Counted from the stretch's first letter, positions 18,876 to 29,472 are shown. The stretch is 48,732 bases of DNA from a virus (IMGVR_UViG_2541047965_000007:1-48732); one strand, 5' to 3'. The notes: a model not told the origin generated them from the letters alone. Translations and numbers: made by a program.

Positions 18876-19934
18876 TTACGCTCCGGTTTCGGCTGCGGCG
18901 GCGCTGAAATCACCAATCTGGATGTTTTCCACCAGTGCGGCGCAGCGGTAGTCCTCAACCACATAGGCTTCGTTAACGGATTCAAAGTTTTCAATCCGGT
19001 CACGTTTCGGGTTGTCGATAACTGAACGGCGGCGGGTGTCTTCCTGCCAATAGATGGACAGGTTATCCAGACGGGTGATCAGCAGCGCATTCGGCGGGAA
19101 GAACGGCGCACGCACGGCCTGCAGGCCACCCATGCGTTTCTGACTGATGATCATATCGGCAGCCAGTTTTTCACTGTTTTCCTGCTCTTTGTTGACCAGC
19201 GGGAAATACTTGTCAGACAGCAGTTCACGACCGCAAATCACCACCAGATCGTCATCGTCCTGATAGACCACGTCGATAAGCTCGTTAACGGCATCCATCA
19301 CCACGGCGTCCAGGTTGGCATATTCGCCACCTTTCCCGACTTTCACCGCACCCGGTGTGGTTTCACCGCCCGTGGTGGTGCTGCCCATGACGTGATCCGG
19401 TGCATCCTCACGGATTTTCTGCAGCCAGCCTTTATTCACATCCTGCAGTAGCGGGTTTTCGCTACGGTTGGAGGTTTTCGCACGCTTCACGCCGTTAAAG
19501 CCGATCATGATGCGGTCCAGTGCCTGACGTTTCACGATGGCGTCACGGATACGCACCTGAAAATCCTGAAACTTCGCCCACAGGTCCAGCTTCGCGTAGG
19601 TCAGTACCGTGTCAAAGTTGGTCTGCTCGCATTTATATTCCACATCGACCATCAGCGTCGGATCGACAGGTTCACGCTCTTTCGCGGTGGTATCAGTGGT
19701 TCCGGCAATGGTGCTGCCAACTCCCAACCCCAGCAGCTGACCGGACTGCTCAGTCACTGGCGTGACGTTAATCAGCGTCAGGAAAGCGGCGGACTGCTGG
19801 ATCTGGTCTTCCAATGTCTGCTGCACGGACGGCTCTACGGTGAACTTGCTGGACAGTTCTTCAACTGCCACACCGTTCAGACGCGCCAGTTGCTGCAGGT
19901 AAGCGTTAAAAGCAAAGCGGGTATTCTTCTTCAT
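18876..19934 (-). CDS. N: major capsid protein gpN
   Basis: 352-aa ORF; P2 synteny and size. Confidence 0.9.
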   Translation of the reverse strand: MKKNTRFAFNAYLQQLARLNGVAVEELSSKFTVEPSVQQTLEDQIQQSAAFLTLINVTPVTEQSGQLLGLGVGSTIAGTTDTTAKEREPVDPTLMVDVEYKCEQTNFDTVLTYAKLDLWAKFQDFQVRIRDAIVKRQALDRIMIGFNGVKRAKTSNRSENPLLQDVNKGWLQKIREDAPDHVMGSTTTGGETTPGAVKVGKGGEYANLDAVVMDAVNELIDVVYQDDDDLVVICGRELLSDKYFPLVNKEQENSEKLAADMIISQKRMGGLQAVRAPFFPPNALLITRLDNLSIYWQEDTRRRSVIDNPKRDRIENFESVNEAYVVEDYRCAALVENIQIGDFSAAAAETGA

Positions 19935-19950
19935 CAGGTTTTGTGCTCCA

Positions 19951-20784
19951 TCAGCAATTGGTCAGAGTGTCAGCGGGGGCGTTACCGCCTGTTGCACGCT
20001 GGCGGTAGTCCTGCCGGCTGTCTTCATGACTCAGCTTGTCCACCAGTTCGTTAAAGGCGGTCTGCTGTGCCTGCAGGGCAGTCTCCAGCTCAGACAGGCG
20101 TTCTTCCTGCTCAGACAGGGATTTTTCGGTGCGTGCGCTCAGGTTCTGCTGCTCAGTGGCGACCAGCTCCACGGCCTTATGCACATCAGAGAACCGGGCG
20201 TCATCGGACTGCTCTTTTTTGGTAAACAGCGCCGTGACGCGGGCAAACAGGGACGGTTTGTCATCCTGGATTTCTTCCAGTTCGATAATCGTTTCCTCTG
20301 CTGCGGTAAAAAGATTGGCGGGATTCTGCTTGCGGTTTGCCAGCGGGTTATGGGCTGCACTGGCGCTGAATGTCAGCATTTCAGTGCCCAGACTGGCGGG
20401 ATCATCAGTGGCAGCCAGGCCAACCAGGTAGGCTTTGCCCGTATCAGCAAACTTCGGGCTGACTTCCATAGAGGTGAATAATTTCTGGCCTTTTTTCACC
20501 AGTTCCACCAGGGACTCCGTTGGCTCAACGTCGGCATACAGCGCCATCTTGCCTGCCAGCGGACCTTCCGTGATTTCTTCAGCAAACAGCGCCGTCACCT
20601 TGCCGTAGCGGTTAAAGGTGCTGTCCGGCAGATAAGACTTGATGTGCTCAAGGTTAATCAGCGCGGTATACACCGCCGGGTTGTAGCTGGCTGCCATCTG
20701 CTCCAGCCATTCACGCTGGATTTCGCGTCCGTCGGTGGTGGCACCTTCCACCCCGATGCGAAAACGCTTTGCTTTCACTGTCAT
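19951..20784 (-). CDS. O: capsid scaffold protein gpO
   Basis: 277-aa ORF with coiled-coil C-terminal half; divergent from P as in P2. Confidence 0.85.
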   Translation of the reverse strand: MTVKAKRFRIGVEGATTDGREIQREWLEQMAASYNPAVYTALINLEHIKSYLPDSTFNRYGKVTALFAEEITEGPLAGKMALYADVEPTESLVELVKKGQKLFTSMEVSPKFADTGKAYLVGLAATDDPASLGTEMLTFSASAAHNPLANRKQNPANLFTAAEETIIELEEIQDDKPSLFARVTALFTKKEQSDDARFSDVHKAVELVATEQQNLSARTEKSLSEQEERLSELETALQAQQTAFNELVDKLSHEDSRQDYRQRATGGNAPADTLTNC

Positions 20785-20926
20785 GAGCCGTGCTCCGTTA
20801 GAAAAAACTTACTGGAGCCTTATGGTTGCGGTGATGGGGGCAGTGAAACAATGCGCGGTATTTGTACCGACAACCACACAAACCGCAGGCGGGGAAAGCC
20901 GTCATTCAAGGCTGTAGGTTTGTGCC

Positions 20927-22693
20927 ATGAACACCACACTGACACCCGCAGATCTCGATCCCCGTCGGCAGGCCATGCTGCTGTACTTTCAGGGATACCG
21001 CGTAGCCCGCATTGCTGAAATGCTGGGCGAGAAAGTTGCAACCGTTCACAGCTGGAAAAAACGCGACAAGTGGGGTGACTATGGTCCGCTGGATCAGATG
21101 CAGCTCACCACCGCCGCACGCTATTGCCAGCTCATTATGAAGGAGCACAAAGAAGGGAAAGATTTCAAAGAGATTGACCTGCTGGCGCGCCAGTCTGAGC
21201 GCCACGCGCGGATCGGCAAGTTTAACAATGGCGGCAACGAAGCCGACTTAAACCCTAACGTCGCCAACCGCAACAAAGGCCCGCGCCGTCAGCCGGAAAA
21301 GAATGTTTTCACCGATGAACAGATTGAGAAGCTGGAAGAAATCTTCCATTCCTCCATGTTCAACTACCAGCGCCACTGGTGGGAAGCCGGAAAAACCAAT
21401 CGCATCCGCAACCTGCTGAAGTCTCGCCAGATCGGCGCGACCTTTTACTTTGCCCGTGAAGCCCTGATTGACGCCCTGCTGACCGGGCGTAACCAGATTT
21501 TCCTTTCTGCCAGCAAGGCTCAGGCCCACGTCTTTAAACAGTACATCATCGACTTTGCCAAAGAAGTGGAGGTGGAGCTGAAAGGCGATCCGATGGTGCT
21601 TCCTAACGGGGCCACGCTTTACTTCCTCGGCACCAATGCCCGCACTGCCCAGAGTTACCACGGCAACCTGTATCTGGATGAATATTTCTGGATACCGAAA
21701 TTCCAGGAGCTGCGCAAAGTGGCTTCCGGTATGGCTATTCACAAAAAATGGCGACAAACCTATTTTTCCACGCCATCCAGTCTGACCCACAGTGCTTATC
21801 CGTTCTGGTCCGGTGCGCTGTTCAACCGTGGGCGCAACAAAGCCGATAAGGTGGACATCGACCTGTCCCACAGCAATCTGGCCCCCGGCCTGCTGTGCGC
21901 AGACGGGCAATACCGCCAGATAGTCACCGTGGAAGATGCAGTGCGCGGCGGCTGTAACCTTTTCGACCTCGATCAGTTGCGCATGGAGTACAGCCCGGAC
22001 GAATACCAGAACCTGCTGATGTGCGAGTTTGTGGACGATCTCGCGTCCGTGTTTCCGCTCAGCGAGCTGCAGGCGTGCATGGTGGACAGCTGGGAAGTCT
22101 GGACCGACTTTCATGCACTGGCCCTGCGCCCGTTTGGCTGGCGCGAAGTGTGGATCGGTTATGACCCGGCAAAAGGTACGCAGAACGGCGACAGCGCCGG
22201 ATGCGTGGTGGTGGCACCGCCAGCCGTGCCGGGCGGTAAGTTCCGCATTCTTGAGCGTCACCAGTGGCGCGGGATGGACTTCCGCGCCCAGGCTGACGCC
22301 ATCAAAAAACTGACCGAACAGTACAACGTGACCTATATCGGTATCGACTCAACCGGCGTTGGTCACGGGGTTTATGAGAACGTGAAAGCGTTCTTTCCTG
22401 CCGTCCGGGAGTTTGTCTACAACCCCAATGTTAAAAACGCCCTGGTACTCAAGGCCTACGACATTATCAGCCACCGTCGTCTGGAGTTTGACGCCGGGCA
22501 CACCGACATTGCGCAGTCATTCATGGCAATCCGTCGCGCCACCACCGCCAGCGGCAACCGCCCGACCTATGAAGCCAGCCGCAGCGAAGAAGCCAGCCAC
22601 GCCGATCTGGCCTGGGCAACAATGCACGCACTGTTTAACGAACCACTGCAGGGCGAGTCCGCCAATACCAGTAATATTGTGGAGATTTTTTGA
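20927..22693 (+). CDS. P: terminase large subunit gpP
   Basis: 588-aa ORF; size and divergent position match P2 gpP. Confidence 0.9.
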   Translation: MNTTLTPADLDPRRQAMLLYFQGYRVARIAEMLGEKVATVHSWKKRDKWGDYGPLDQMQLTTAARYCQLIMKEHKEGKDFKEIDLLARQSERHARIGKFNNGGNEADLNPNVANRNKGPRRQPEKNVFTDEQIEKLEEIFHSSMFNYQRHWWEAGKTNRIRNLLKSRQIGATFYFAREALIDALLTGRNQIFLSASKAQAHVFKQYIIDFAKEVEVELKGDPMVLPNGATLYFLGTNARTAQSYHGNLYLDEYFWIPKFQELRKVASGMAIHKKWRQTYFSTPSSLTHSAYPFWSGALFNRGRNKADKVDIDLSHSNLAPGLLCADGQYRQIVTVEDAVRGGCNLFDLDQLRMEYSPDEYQNLLMCEFVDDLASVFPLSELQACMVDSWEVWTDFHALALRPFGWREVWIGYDPAKGTQNGDSAGCVVVAPPAVPGGKFRILERHQWRGMDFRAQADAIKKLTEQYNVTYIGIDSTGVGHGVYENVKAFFPAVREFVYNPNVKNALVLKAYDIISHRRLEFDAGHTDIAQSFMAIRRATTASGNRPTYEASRSEEASHADLAWATMHALFNEPLQGESANTSNIVEIF

Positions 22694-23721
22694 TGAAAGA
22701 ACATATCGCGCCAGGCGAAACCGTAACTGCAGAAGAAACTAAAAAACCCGTTGCGGAGGCTTTCAGCTTCGGCGATCCCATTCCAGTACTGGACCGCCGC
22801 GAACTGCTGGACTATGTGGAATGCGTACAGACAGATCGCTGGTATGAGCCGCCAGTGAGTTTTGACGGACTGGCGCGAACCTTCCGCGCTGCCGTACATC
22901 ATAGCTCCCCGATTGCAGTAAAGTGCAACATTCTGACCAGTACCTACATCCCTCATCCGCTGCTCAGCCAGCAGGCTTTTTCACGTTTTGTGCAGGACTA
23001 TCTGGTATTTGGTAATGCCTACCTGGAGAAACGCACGAACCGCTTCGGTGAAGTTATCGCCCTTGAACCGGCCCTGGCAAAATACACCCGACGCGGGTTA
23101 GACCTGGAAACCTACTGGTTTGTGCAATACGGTATGACAACACAGCCGTATCAGTTCACGAAAGGCAGCATCTTTCATCTGATGGAACCGGACATCAACC
23201 AGGAGGTCTACGGCCTGCCCGGTTATCTTTCTGCCATTCCGTCAGCCCTGCTCAACGAGTCCGCCACGCTGTTCCGCCGAAAGTATTACATTAACGGCAG
23301 CCATGCAGGCTTCATCATGTACATGACCGATGCCGCGCAGAATCAGGAGGATGTGAACAACCTCCGCAACGCGATGAAAAGCGCCAAAGGTCCAGGCAAC
23401 TTCCGCAACCTGTTTATGTACTCACCTAACGGCAAAAAAGACGGGCTTCAGATCATCCCATTGTCAGAAGTCGCGGCGAAGGATGAATTTCTTAACATCA
23501 AGAACGTGAGTCGGGATGACATGATGGCAGCGCACCGCGTGCCGCCGCAAATGATGGGGATTATGCCGAATAATGTTGGGGGGTTTGGGGATGTCGAAAA
23601 GGCGAGTCATGTATTTGTTCGTAACGAGTTAATTCCATTACAAAAAAGGCTAATTGAATTAAATGAATGGCTTAATGACGAAATTATTCGTTTTGACGAA
23701 TATAAATTAGGCAATACTTGA
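22690..23721 (+). CDS. Q: portal protein gpQ
   Basis: 343-aa ORF whose ATG overlaps the P stop; P2 synteny and size. Confidence 0.9.
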   Translation: MMKEHIAPGETVTAEETKKPVAEAFSFGDPIPVLDRRELLDYVECVQTDRWYEPPVSFDGLARTFRAAVHHSSPIAVKCNILTSTYIPHPLLSQQAFSRFVQDYLVFGNAYLEKRTNRFGEVIALEPALAKYTRRGLDLETYWFVQYGMTTQPYQFTKGSIFHLMEPDINQEVYGLPGYLSAIPSALLNESATLFRRKYYINGSHAGFIMYMTDAAQNQEDVNNLRNAMKSAKGPGNFRNLFMYSPNGKKDGLQIIPLSEVAAKDEFLNIKNVSRDDMMAAHRVPPQMMGIMPNNVGGFGDVEKASHVFVRNELIPLQKRLIELNEWLNDEIIRFDEYKLGNT

Positions 23722-23758
23722 TTAAAGCCTGTTTAAACTGGCTGTCGGAACAGCCAGT

Positions 23759-24607
23759 TTAAACACCGGCACCAATGAAACCGCCATATGAATCTTCTTC
23801 AAGGCTGATGTATTCTACCCTCCATTGATCCATCCGCCTCAATGCATACAGGGAGAAATGAGTATCAGCAACAGCTATGCACGTATTCAATTCTATAAGT
23901 TCTGAATGCCCCAAGGTTGGATCACCATAAAACTTATAAAACAAAGCCTTTAGATCAGAACATGTTTGTTCAGCCGCTCTTCTGGCATCGGGGCCACCTT
24001 CAGTTGCATCATAAACAACATTGATAGAAAGCTCATATGGTATGCCTTCCTCAAGATCGTTAAATCTTTCTTCGCCCAAATCGAAAAAAACTCCGATCAA
24101 ATGCTCTGCGTTTGTGGCGATAATATCCGCAACTTCTTTTTCGAAAATAAACTTTTTATCCTCGTCGTAAGCCCGCAAGCGCTCTTCAAACGAGTTAGGA
24201 AACGCTGGACGACCATACTTAGCAGCTAACCATTGCTTAAGAGCTTGTTTCTCTTCTGTGCTAATGGAGAATGCTGGATCGTTTTCCTCACAACAGAAAG
24301 CTTCTTTAGGAATGATGACTTTCCTTTCATGCCGGAGCTCTACTGCATTCTTCTTCGCACTTTCTGGGTTTTCAAAACATAGATCGAGTATTCTCGGATG
24401 CTTAGCTCTTTTCATCCTGCTTGACCCCTTTTTCAAGGGGCCAAACATCAGTTCCACGTTTTTTTCTGAATTACTCTGTAAATCACAATCATGCGTTATA
24501 ACTACAACTTTATGGTTCGTTTCATCAGGCTGCAGAATTCCAAGTGAAACGGCATCATCATGTTTAAGTACATGCCCCTGACGCCATGATGTTCCTCGTA
24601 CCAACAT
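23759..24607 (-). CDS. hypothetical cargo protein (282 aa), no domain recognised
   Basis: Last gene of a three-gene minus-strand module between Q and cos; AT-richer than the phage core. Confidence 0.6.
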   Translation of the reverse strand: MLVRGTSWRQGHVLKHDDAVSLGILQPDETNHKVVVITHDCDLQSNSEKNVELMFGPLKKGSSRMKRAKHPRILDLCFENPESAKKNAVELRHERKVIIPKEAFCCEENDPAFSISTEEKQALKQWLAAKYGRPAFPNSFEERLRAYDEDKKFIFEKEVADIIATNAEHLIGVFFDLGEERFNDLEEGIPYELSINVVYDATEGGPDARRAAEQTCSDLKALFYKFYGDPTLGHSELIELNTCIAVADTHFSLYALRRMDQWRVEYISLEEDSYGGFIGAGV

Positions 24608-24616
24608 AAATGTGAT

Positions 24617-25279
24617 TTATTCCTCTACCGTTCCAGGAATTGAAATAGATGACTTCCAATCATCTGTCGGTTTCGCCTTGCTTGCTAAGTAATTGGCCGA
24701 TTCAGCAGCAGCATTCATCGCTTTAGCTTCATCAATCAATACCTGAACTGCCCTATTCCAATCCTCACCTTCTTTTACTACGTCCATTAATGACTTACCA
24801 TTAAATGCTTTCATTTTCACCAATAGCTTCGCATCATGGAGTCCAGCTTTGGAAAAAGAGTCAGCGACATTACTAAGGTTGGTAATGAATTGCACTTTTG
24901 AAGCATCATCAGGCTGGTTCTCCCCTGACAACCATTTATAGAGAGCCTGCCGAGTTATCCCCAAATCCTTTGCCAGTTCTGACATTGATGGAGACAGCAC
25001 TTCTCGAATATTAGCTAAATGTTGGGCAACATTCCTGACATCAACCTCAGGAGAAATTGCAGGCGTGTACGTTGATTCTATGGAATCAAATGCAAACTGA
25101 ACCCTTGGCTGAACATACTGACGCCATTGCTTATAAGCATTTACAGGGTATGAAGCCCCCGTACCAACTAATAGTAAAGATGCGGCGACAGCAACAACAC
25201 CTGATACACATGAGCTTGACTGCAAATTTGGAGAATATCGATCTACAGAGCCTATGCTTCCGGTGGGAATTGCATACAT
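24617..25279 (-). CDS. hypothetical protein with N-terminal hydrophobic segment and XRE-type helix-turn-helix (start at internal Met)
   Basis: SD ggaggtga 8 nt upstream of ATG at 25279; hydrophobic VSGVVAVAASLLLVGTG; HTH-like MSELAKDLGITRQALYKWLSG. Confidence 0.6.
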   Translation of the reverse strand: MYAIPTGSIGSVDRYSPNLQSSSCVSGVVAVAASLLLVGTGASYPVNAYKQWRQYVQPRVQFAFDSIESTYTPAISPEVDVRNVAQHLANIREVLSPSMSELAKDLGITRQALYKWLSGENQPDDASKVQFITNLSNVADSFSKAGLHDAKLLVKMKAFNGKSLMDVVKEGEDWNRAVQVLIDEAKAMNAAAESANYLASKAKPTDDWKSSISIPGTVEE

Positions 25280-25298
25280 TTTAGTCACCTCCGTTGTT

Positions 25299-26108
25299 TC
25301 AGTGCCATTTAGTACGGGCAAAATCTGAAACCATGCCTTCAAATGCTTCTTTAACTTTACTATGCAACGAAAGAATCTGTTTTTCAATTAACTGCAAATC
25401 AGTTGACATGTTGCCTTCAACATAATGATCTGTATCAATTATTGCGTGCATACGATGCTCTGTGTTACTAAATCTCGGCAACGGCAGTAAACCATTAGGA
25501 ATCATATCTGGCGGAAAACCTAGCTGACCATTCATCTTATGTATTCGTGAAACCATAAATCCATTAGGGATCAATGGCTCAACACATGTCTGATATACGG
25601 ACTCTTGTATAGACTGTATTGGCGTCCATCCGAAATCAACACCATGAAGTTCCTTTACAAGATACTGCTCAATTGTTTCGCTTTTCTCAGGAAACACAGC
25701 ATCCAAATATCGAAGCCCAATCCGACTTAACAGCGATGGCTTAGCAAATTCTAGAACTTTGCTCAGACCAAGTATCAATGACGAGATGAAAGATACATGG
25801 TTATCATAATATGTTGTATGGAACGTAATGAAATCGTTGCCTAAAACAAAACCAGATCTTCTATCTGCATCAATCATCAACCAACTTGTCACAGGCTCAA
25901 ATGAATGTACCGGTGGCTCATTGGGGTTTTTTATTTCAAATTTCAACTGAGTTGTATTGGAAACCTCAAATAAAGGAAATCCCTCAACTCTTAGCGCATC
26001 TTGTATGTCTGGAACATACTTACTCATTGCAGCTATTGGAGTAAACTTTACCTGTACCAATGCATAGTAAACGGGCGCATTGGACATACGTTCGCTGTTA
26101 GTACTCAT
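25299..26108 (-). CDS. hypothetical cargo protein (269 aa)
   Basis: First gene of the module; N-terminus MSNAPVYYALVQVKF reminds me of a conserved-hypothetical family seen in defence islands, but this is unverified. Confidence 0.6.
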   Translation of the reverse strand: MSTNSERMSNAPVYYALVQVKFTPIAAMSKYVPDIQDALRVEGFPLFEVSNTTQLKFEIKNPNEPPVHSFEPVTSWLMIDADRRSGFVLGNDFITFHTTYYDNHVSFISSLILGLSKVLEFAKPSLLSRIGLRYLDAVFPEKSETIEQYLVKELHGVDFGWTPIQSIQESVYQTCVEPLIPNGFMVSRIHKMNGQLGFPPDMIPNGLLPLPRFSNTEHRMHAIIDTDHYVEGNMSTDLQLIEKQILSLHSKVKEAFEGMVSDFARTKWH

Positions 26109-26248
26109 GCCGCCCTCCTTGAAATTGTTTCATCTCATATCTCTTTATCTTACTAACTGTAGTTTACACATAGGTTGACACTTTCTCCATCATTAAGTTC
26201 ACTATGACATCAATAGCCAAAACTCTTACGTAATCGCTTCGGCGCGCG

Positions 26249-26267
26249 CTCGTATCCCCGCCACGCC
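26249..26267. other. cos-like sequence of the P2/186-like prophage
   Basis: ctcgtatccccgccacgcc followed by gcccgcttt; homologous in sequence and context to the satellite cos at 39596..39614. Confidence 0.6.
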
Positions 26268-26310
26268 TGCCCGCTTTATGTAGTGGTTTTCATGCACCTG
26301 CATGATCTAC

Positions 26311-26336
26311 GCAAAAGCCCGCCAGTTCTGGCGGGC
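26311..26336 (-). terminator. intrinsic terminator downstream of the LexA-controlled operon
   Basis: Minus strand GCCCGCCA-GAAC-TGGCGGGC followed by TTTTGC. Confidence 0.6.
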
Positions 26337-26471
26337 CTTAGCAAAAACGATCCTCAAACGATCATGCGATCTCATGCGGCATAGACATGCACTACAGAGC
26401 TAACGCCTCGCAAGGGCTCGTTGTTCAACCTTGCTGACGCCAGAAGCAAGTTCAGACGCCAGCAACGTTTC

Positions 26472-26705
26472 TTAATGCAGCCAGCTGTCGTCTTCCCACA
26501 CCTTCTGCATAATTTTCATCACTTGTTTTCTTTCTTCGTCCAGTTGCAGTCCGGTTAGTTCCACACCGTTAGAGCTACCTTTGCGAATGCGAATTACCGT
26601 TTTGGGATACAGGGGGCGCAGATTGCGGTAAAGCTCGGATTCAAGGGCGTCCAGGGTAGACTGGCTAATCTTCTGCTCTTTATCGATCATTATTTCAATG
26701 CGCAT
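26472..26705 (-). CDS. DinI-family protein (77 aa, start at MRIEIMIDK)
   Basis: Sequence pattern of DinI (MRIE..., ...WEDDSW); SD gaggtga 5 nt upstream of ATG at 26705. Confidence 0.8.
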   Translation of the reverse strand: MRIEIMIDKEQKISQSTLDALESELYRNLRPLYPKTVIRIRKGSSNGVELTGLQLDEERKQVMKIMQKVWEDDSWLH

Positions 26706-26715
26706 AAAAGTCACC

Positions 26716-26904
26716 TCAGCTGATGACATCCATTGAGCGGTTGTATTCGTGGGTTCTGATTTTTGCCATGAGTTCATCAGTCAATTCAGAAACCCACTGC
26801 AGAGCCAGCCCCTTCTCTTCATCACTACACTCACTAGCCGCTACAAGCTTAAGAAAAAAATCAATGCGCTGGAGCTTCAAAGACTCCAAAAAATAGTCCT
26901 GCAT
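26716..26904 (-). CDS. small SOS-controlled protein (62 aa) at the position of 186 tum
   Basis: SD taggagg upstream of ATG at 26904, about 45 bp downstream of a consensus LexA box. Confidence 0.55.
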   Translation of the reverse strand: MQDYFLESLKLQRIDFFLKLVAASECSDEEKGLALQWVSELTDELMAKIRTHEYNRSMDVIS

Positions 26905-26947
26905 CTTTCCTCCTATGACACCACACGCAATACTGTATGTATAACCA

Positions 26948-26963
26948 CTGTTTATATTTACAG
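26948..26963. promoter_or_regulatory. LexA box (SOS operator)
   Basis: CTGTTTATATTTACAG matches CTGT-N8-ACAG with AT-rich spacer; a weaker overlapping half-site CTGTATGTATAA lies just upstream. Confidence 0.8.
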
Positions 26964-27057
26964 TATATAATAATCTTACTGATGTAAAACGTTTTTTTAC
27001 GTTCATCAGCCTGATATGCCTGGTATTATTAAGAGCACGAATTGTTAATCCGCGTAA

Positions 27058-29472
27058 TTAATACAGGTTCCGCCACTGATCATCTTCCTGCAAACGCTGG
27101 TTCCGATAGAAGATACGCAGGCCTGCTCCTGACGGAATACTGCCTCCGCGAAGGAGTAAATCGACCTCTTTCTCGCTGCCATCAAATCCTCTGGACTTCA
27201 GCTCATACACGAGCTGCAGTCGCTGATGGTCTGTAATTCGCTGTTTGTAGTCTTTACGCCGTTTCGGTTTCACCAGGCGTAACCTTGCTGCCAGTTCCCG
27301 GCGCTCTTTTTTGCTCATACTGTGCAGGTAATCGTGCAACTCCTTGTCATCCATGCTGGTAATGTCCGTTCTGGGGTCCCCATCAGCTGATTTATCTTTC
27401 TCCTGTTGGTTCAAATTTTCAGCAAGGGGACAGTTATTGCCACGAGTCCAAGGGGCGCAAGCGCCCTGGTCGGCTGCCGCCTCCTGAACGTCAACGGCCT
27501 TACGAACCATTTTCCACTTCACTGCATGAGTGCAGATCTTGCCCTCTGCAATGGGTGACCAGATGCCATAAATACGAATACCGTGATCGCCATAGGCGGT
27601 TGGCTCTTCGTTTATTTCATAAGCGGTTCTGATGAGGTGATATTTGCGGGGAACCAGTACGCCGCCCTGCTTCATGATGTAGGTGGCAAAACAACCAGCA
27701 TCAGCAGCAGCCAGGATGGCATCAAGGCGCGGGTTATCCAGTACCGGCGCACCTGCTTTTTTGTCACCCTGTTGCCTTGCCGCCTGACCAGCCAGCAATC
27801 GCAGTTCACGGTAAGCCTGACGCCCCGGAATGCCAAAGAAGCGGAATTGCTGAACACGATGCAGAGACGCCCAGGCATTAACGTATTCAGCGTTATCACG
27901 CAGGGATTTACCCGTTTCCTTACTGATCTCGCCAGCCAGACCACGCCCGTCAATATTCTTACTGATATATTTCGCAATGTAGCTTGTCGGCGTTCCTTTG
28001 CGCGGGTTTATCAGCTCAGACTTAAAGCGTGGCCCCGTGTTATTGCCCAGCTCCTCGCGGTCTTCACGGATGGCAAACTTACGCAACAATGCAGTAATGG
28101 CGCGGCGGTCTTTTTTGCGCATGAAACACAACAGGTGCCAGTGAACTGTGCCGTCATGATGCGGCTCAGCCACCCGCACGCCATACCAGCGCAACCCGGC
28201 TTTGTGCATAGCCTTACGAAATGCAGCAAACATGCCGACCAGATAATCGCTGCTTTGTCTTACTGTCGCGTTGGTCCAGGTCGGGTTTGGCCTGCCGTTA
28301 TTTAGCGTGGAATGGAAACGTGACGGACAGGTGATGGTGTAGAAAACGGCGCAGTCACCACGCATTTCCGCAATAAGCTCCAGGCCTTTAACACAGGCCA
28401 TCATCTCGTTGCGGCGATGCGCCGGGTTGCTGCTGCTGGCGTTTACCACATCCTCCATGTTCAGCGTGTCGCCGTCTTCGTTCACCAGTTCATGAGAACG
28501 GAAAAACTCCAGCGACTTACGGCGCTGCTCACGTTTATGCATCACGGCTTCATAGCTGACATAGGGAGATGCTTTTTTGCTGACCAGGCAGACAGCACGC
28601 AACTGCTCTTCCCGCCATTCGCAACGCATCTTCCATAATTTCCGATACCACCAGTCGGCGCACAGCATACGCGCCAGCGAACCCGGAATGAGTTCATAAG
28701 GCACAGGTTTGCGGCGGTTTCTTTTCCGGCGGAGTTGCTCAAACGCAGGCGGTATGACATCCAGTCGCAGGGTTTCTGCAGCCACCTTTTCCCATGTCTT
28801 GCGGATTTCTTCTGGCTTAACATCATCGGAGGCGTACAAATCACCACAAGCGGCATCAAGACACATGCTCATATGCGCAGCGACAAGGGTAGACAGGCGT
28901 TTCACCTGATCCTGACTCATTTCAGGCAGGATCAGCAGACCGTCCAGCCCTTCATGGCTTGCCATAAAACGAAAAGATGCAGATAGCTGGCTGTCGCGTA
29001 CATGCTCCAGTCGTTCCAGACATGGCTTAATCGTCTCACGTAAATAGCGGGAATAAGCCTTTGGCCTGCCCAGGCTACTGAAATATTCAATACGTTGCAT
29101 CAGCGGCTTGCTGATATGGGAAGGCTGGGCGTTGACGTCAGCCAGAATGACCATGACTGGATTAAAACGCTGCTGCTCATGCGCCATCTTTGCCCGGCTA
29201 ATGAGCTTATCCTGCTCCATTTTACGTTGGACAGGATCACGGGATTCATTAAAGAAATAACGCTCCCAGACCTGATCACTCAGTGCCTCGCGGCGCAGTT
29301 GTTCCTGCTCGTTATCGGTAGCGTACAGAGTGATCAGGTTTGAAAGCGCAGAAACCGGCGCAACTTCCGCCGGGTCCAGATAAGGGTTAATGGCCTTTTT
29401 CGGGCTGTTCCATGAGAATGCTGCGGCGACCTCGTTAAAGCCGCTGCAGTTGTTCATATCAGCATGGCTCAT
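27058..29472 (-). CDS. A: rolling-circle replication initiator gpA
   Basis: 804-aa ORF with HUH-like [11 protein letters not shown] and catalytic-Tyr region YIAKYISK; P2 gpA position. Confidence 0.9.
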   Translation of the reverse strand: MSHADMNNCSGFNEVAAAFSWNSPKKAINPYLDPAEVAPVSALSNLITLYATDNEQEQLRREALSDQVWERYFFNESRDPVQRKMEQDKLISRAKMAHEQQRFNPVMVILADVNAQPSHISKPLMQRIEYFSSLGRPKAYSRYLRETIKPCLERLEHVRDSQLSASFRFMASHEGLDGLLILPEMSQDQVKRLSTLVAAHMSMCLDAACGDLYASDDVKPEEIRKTWEKVAAETLRLDVIPPAFEQLRRKRNRRKPVPYELIPGSLARMLCADWWYRKLWKMRCEWREEQLRAVCLVSKKASPYVSYEAVMHKREQRRKSLEFFRSHELVNEDGDTLNMEDVVNASSSNPAHRRNEMMACVKGLELIAEMRGDCAVFYTITCPSRFHSTLNNGRPNPTWTNATVRQSSDYLVGMFAAFRKAMHKAGLRWYGVRVAEPHHDGTVHWHLLCFMRKKDRRAITALLRKFAIREDREELGNNTGPRFKSELINPRKGTPTSYIAKYISKNIDGRGLAGEISKETGKSLRDNAEYVNAWASLHRVQQFRFFGIPGRQAYRELRLLAGQAARQQGDKKAGAPVLDNPRLDAILAAADAGCFATYIMKQGGVLVPRKYHLIRTAYEINEEPTAYGDHGIRIYGIWSPIAEGKICTHAVKWKMVRKAVDVQEAAADQGACAPWTRGNNCPLAENLNQQEKDKSADGDPRTDITSMDDKELHDYLHSMSKKERRELAARLRLVKPKRRKDYKQRITDHQRLQLVYELKSRGFDGSEKEVDLLLRGGSIPSGAGLRIFYRNQRLQEDDQWRNLY

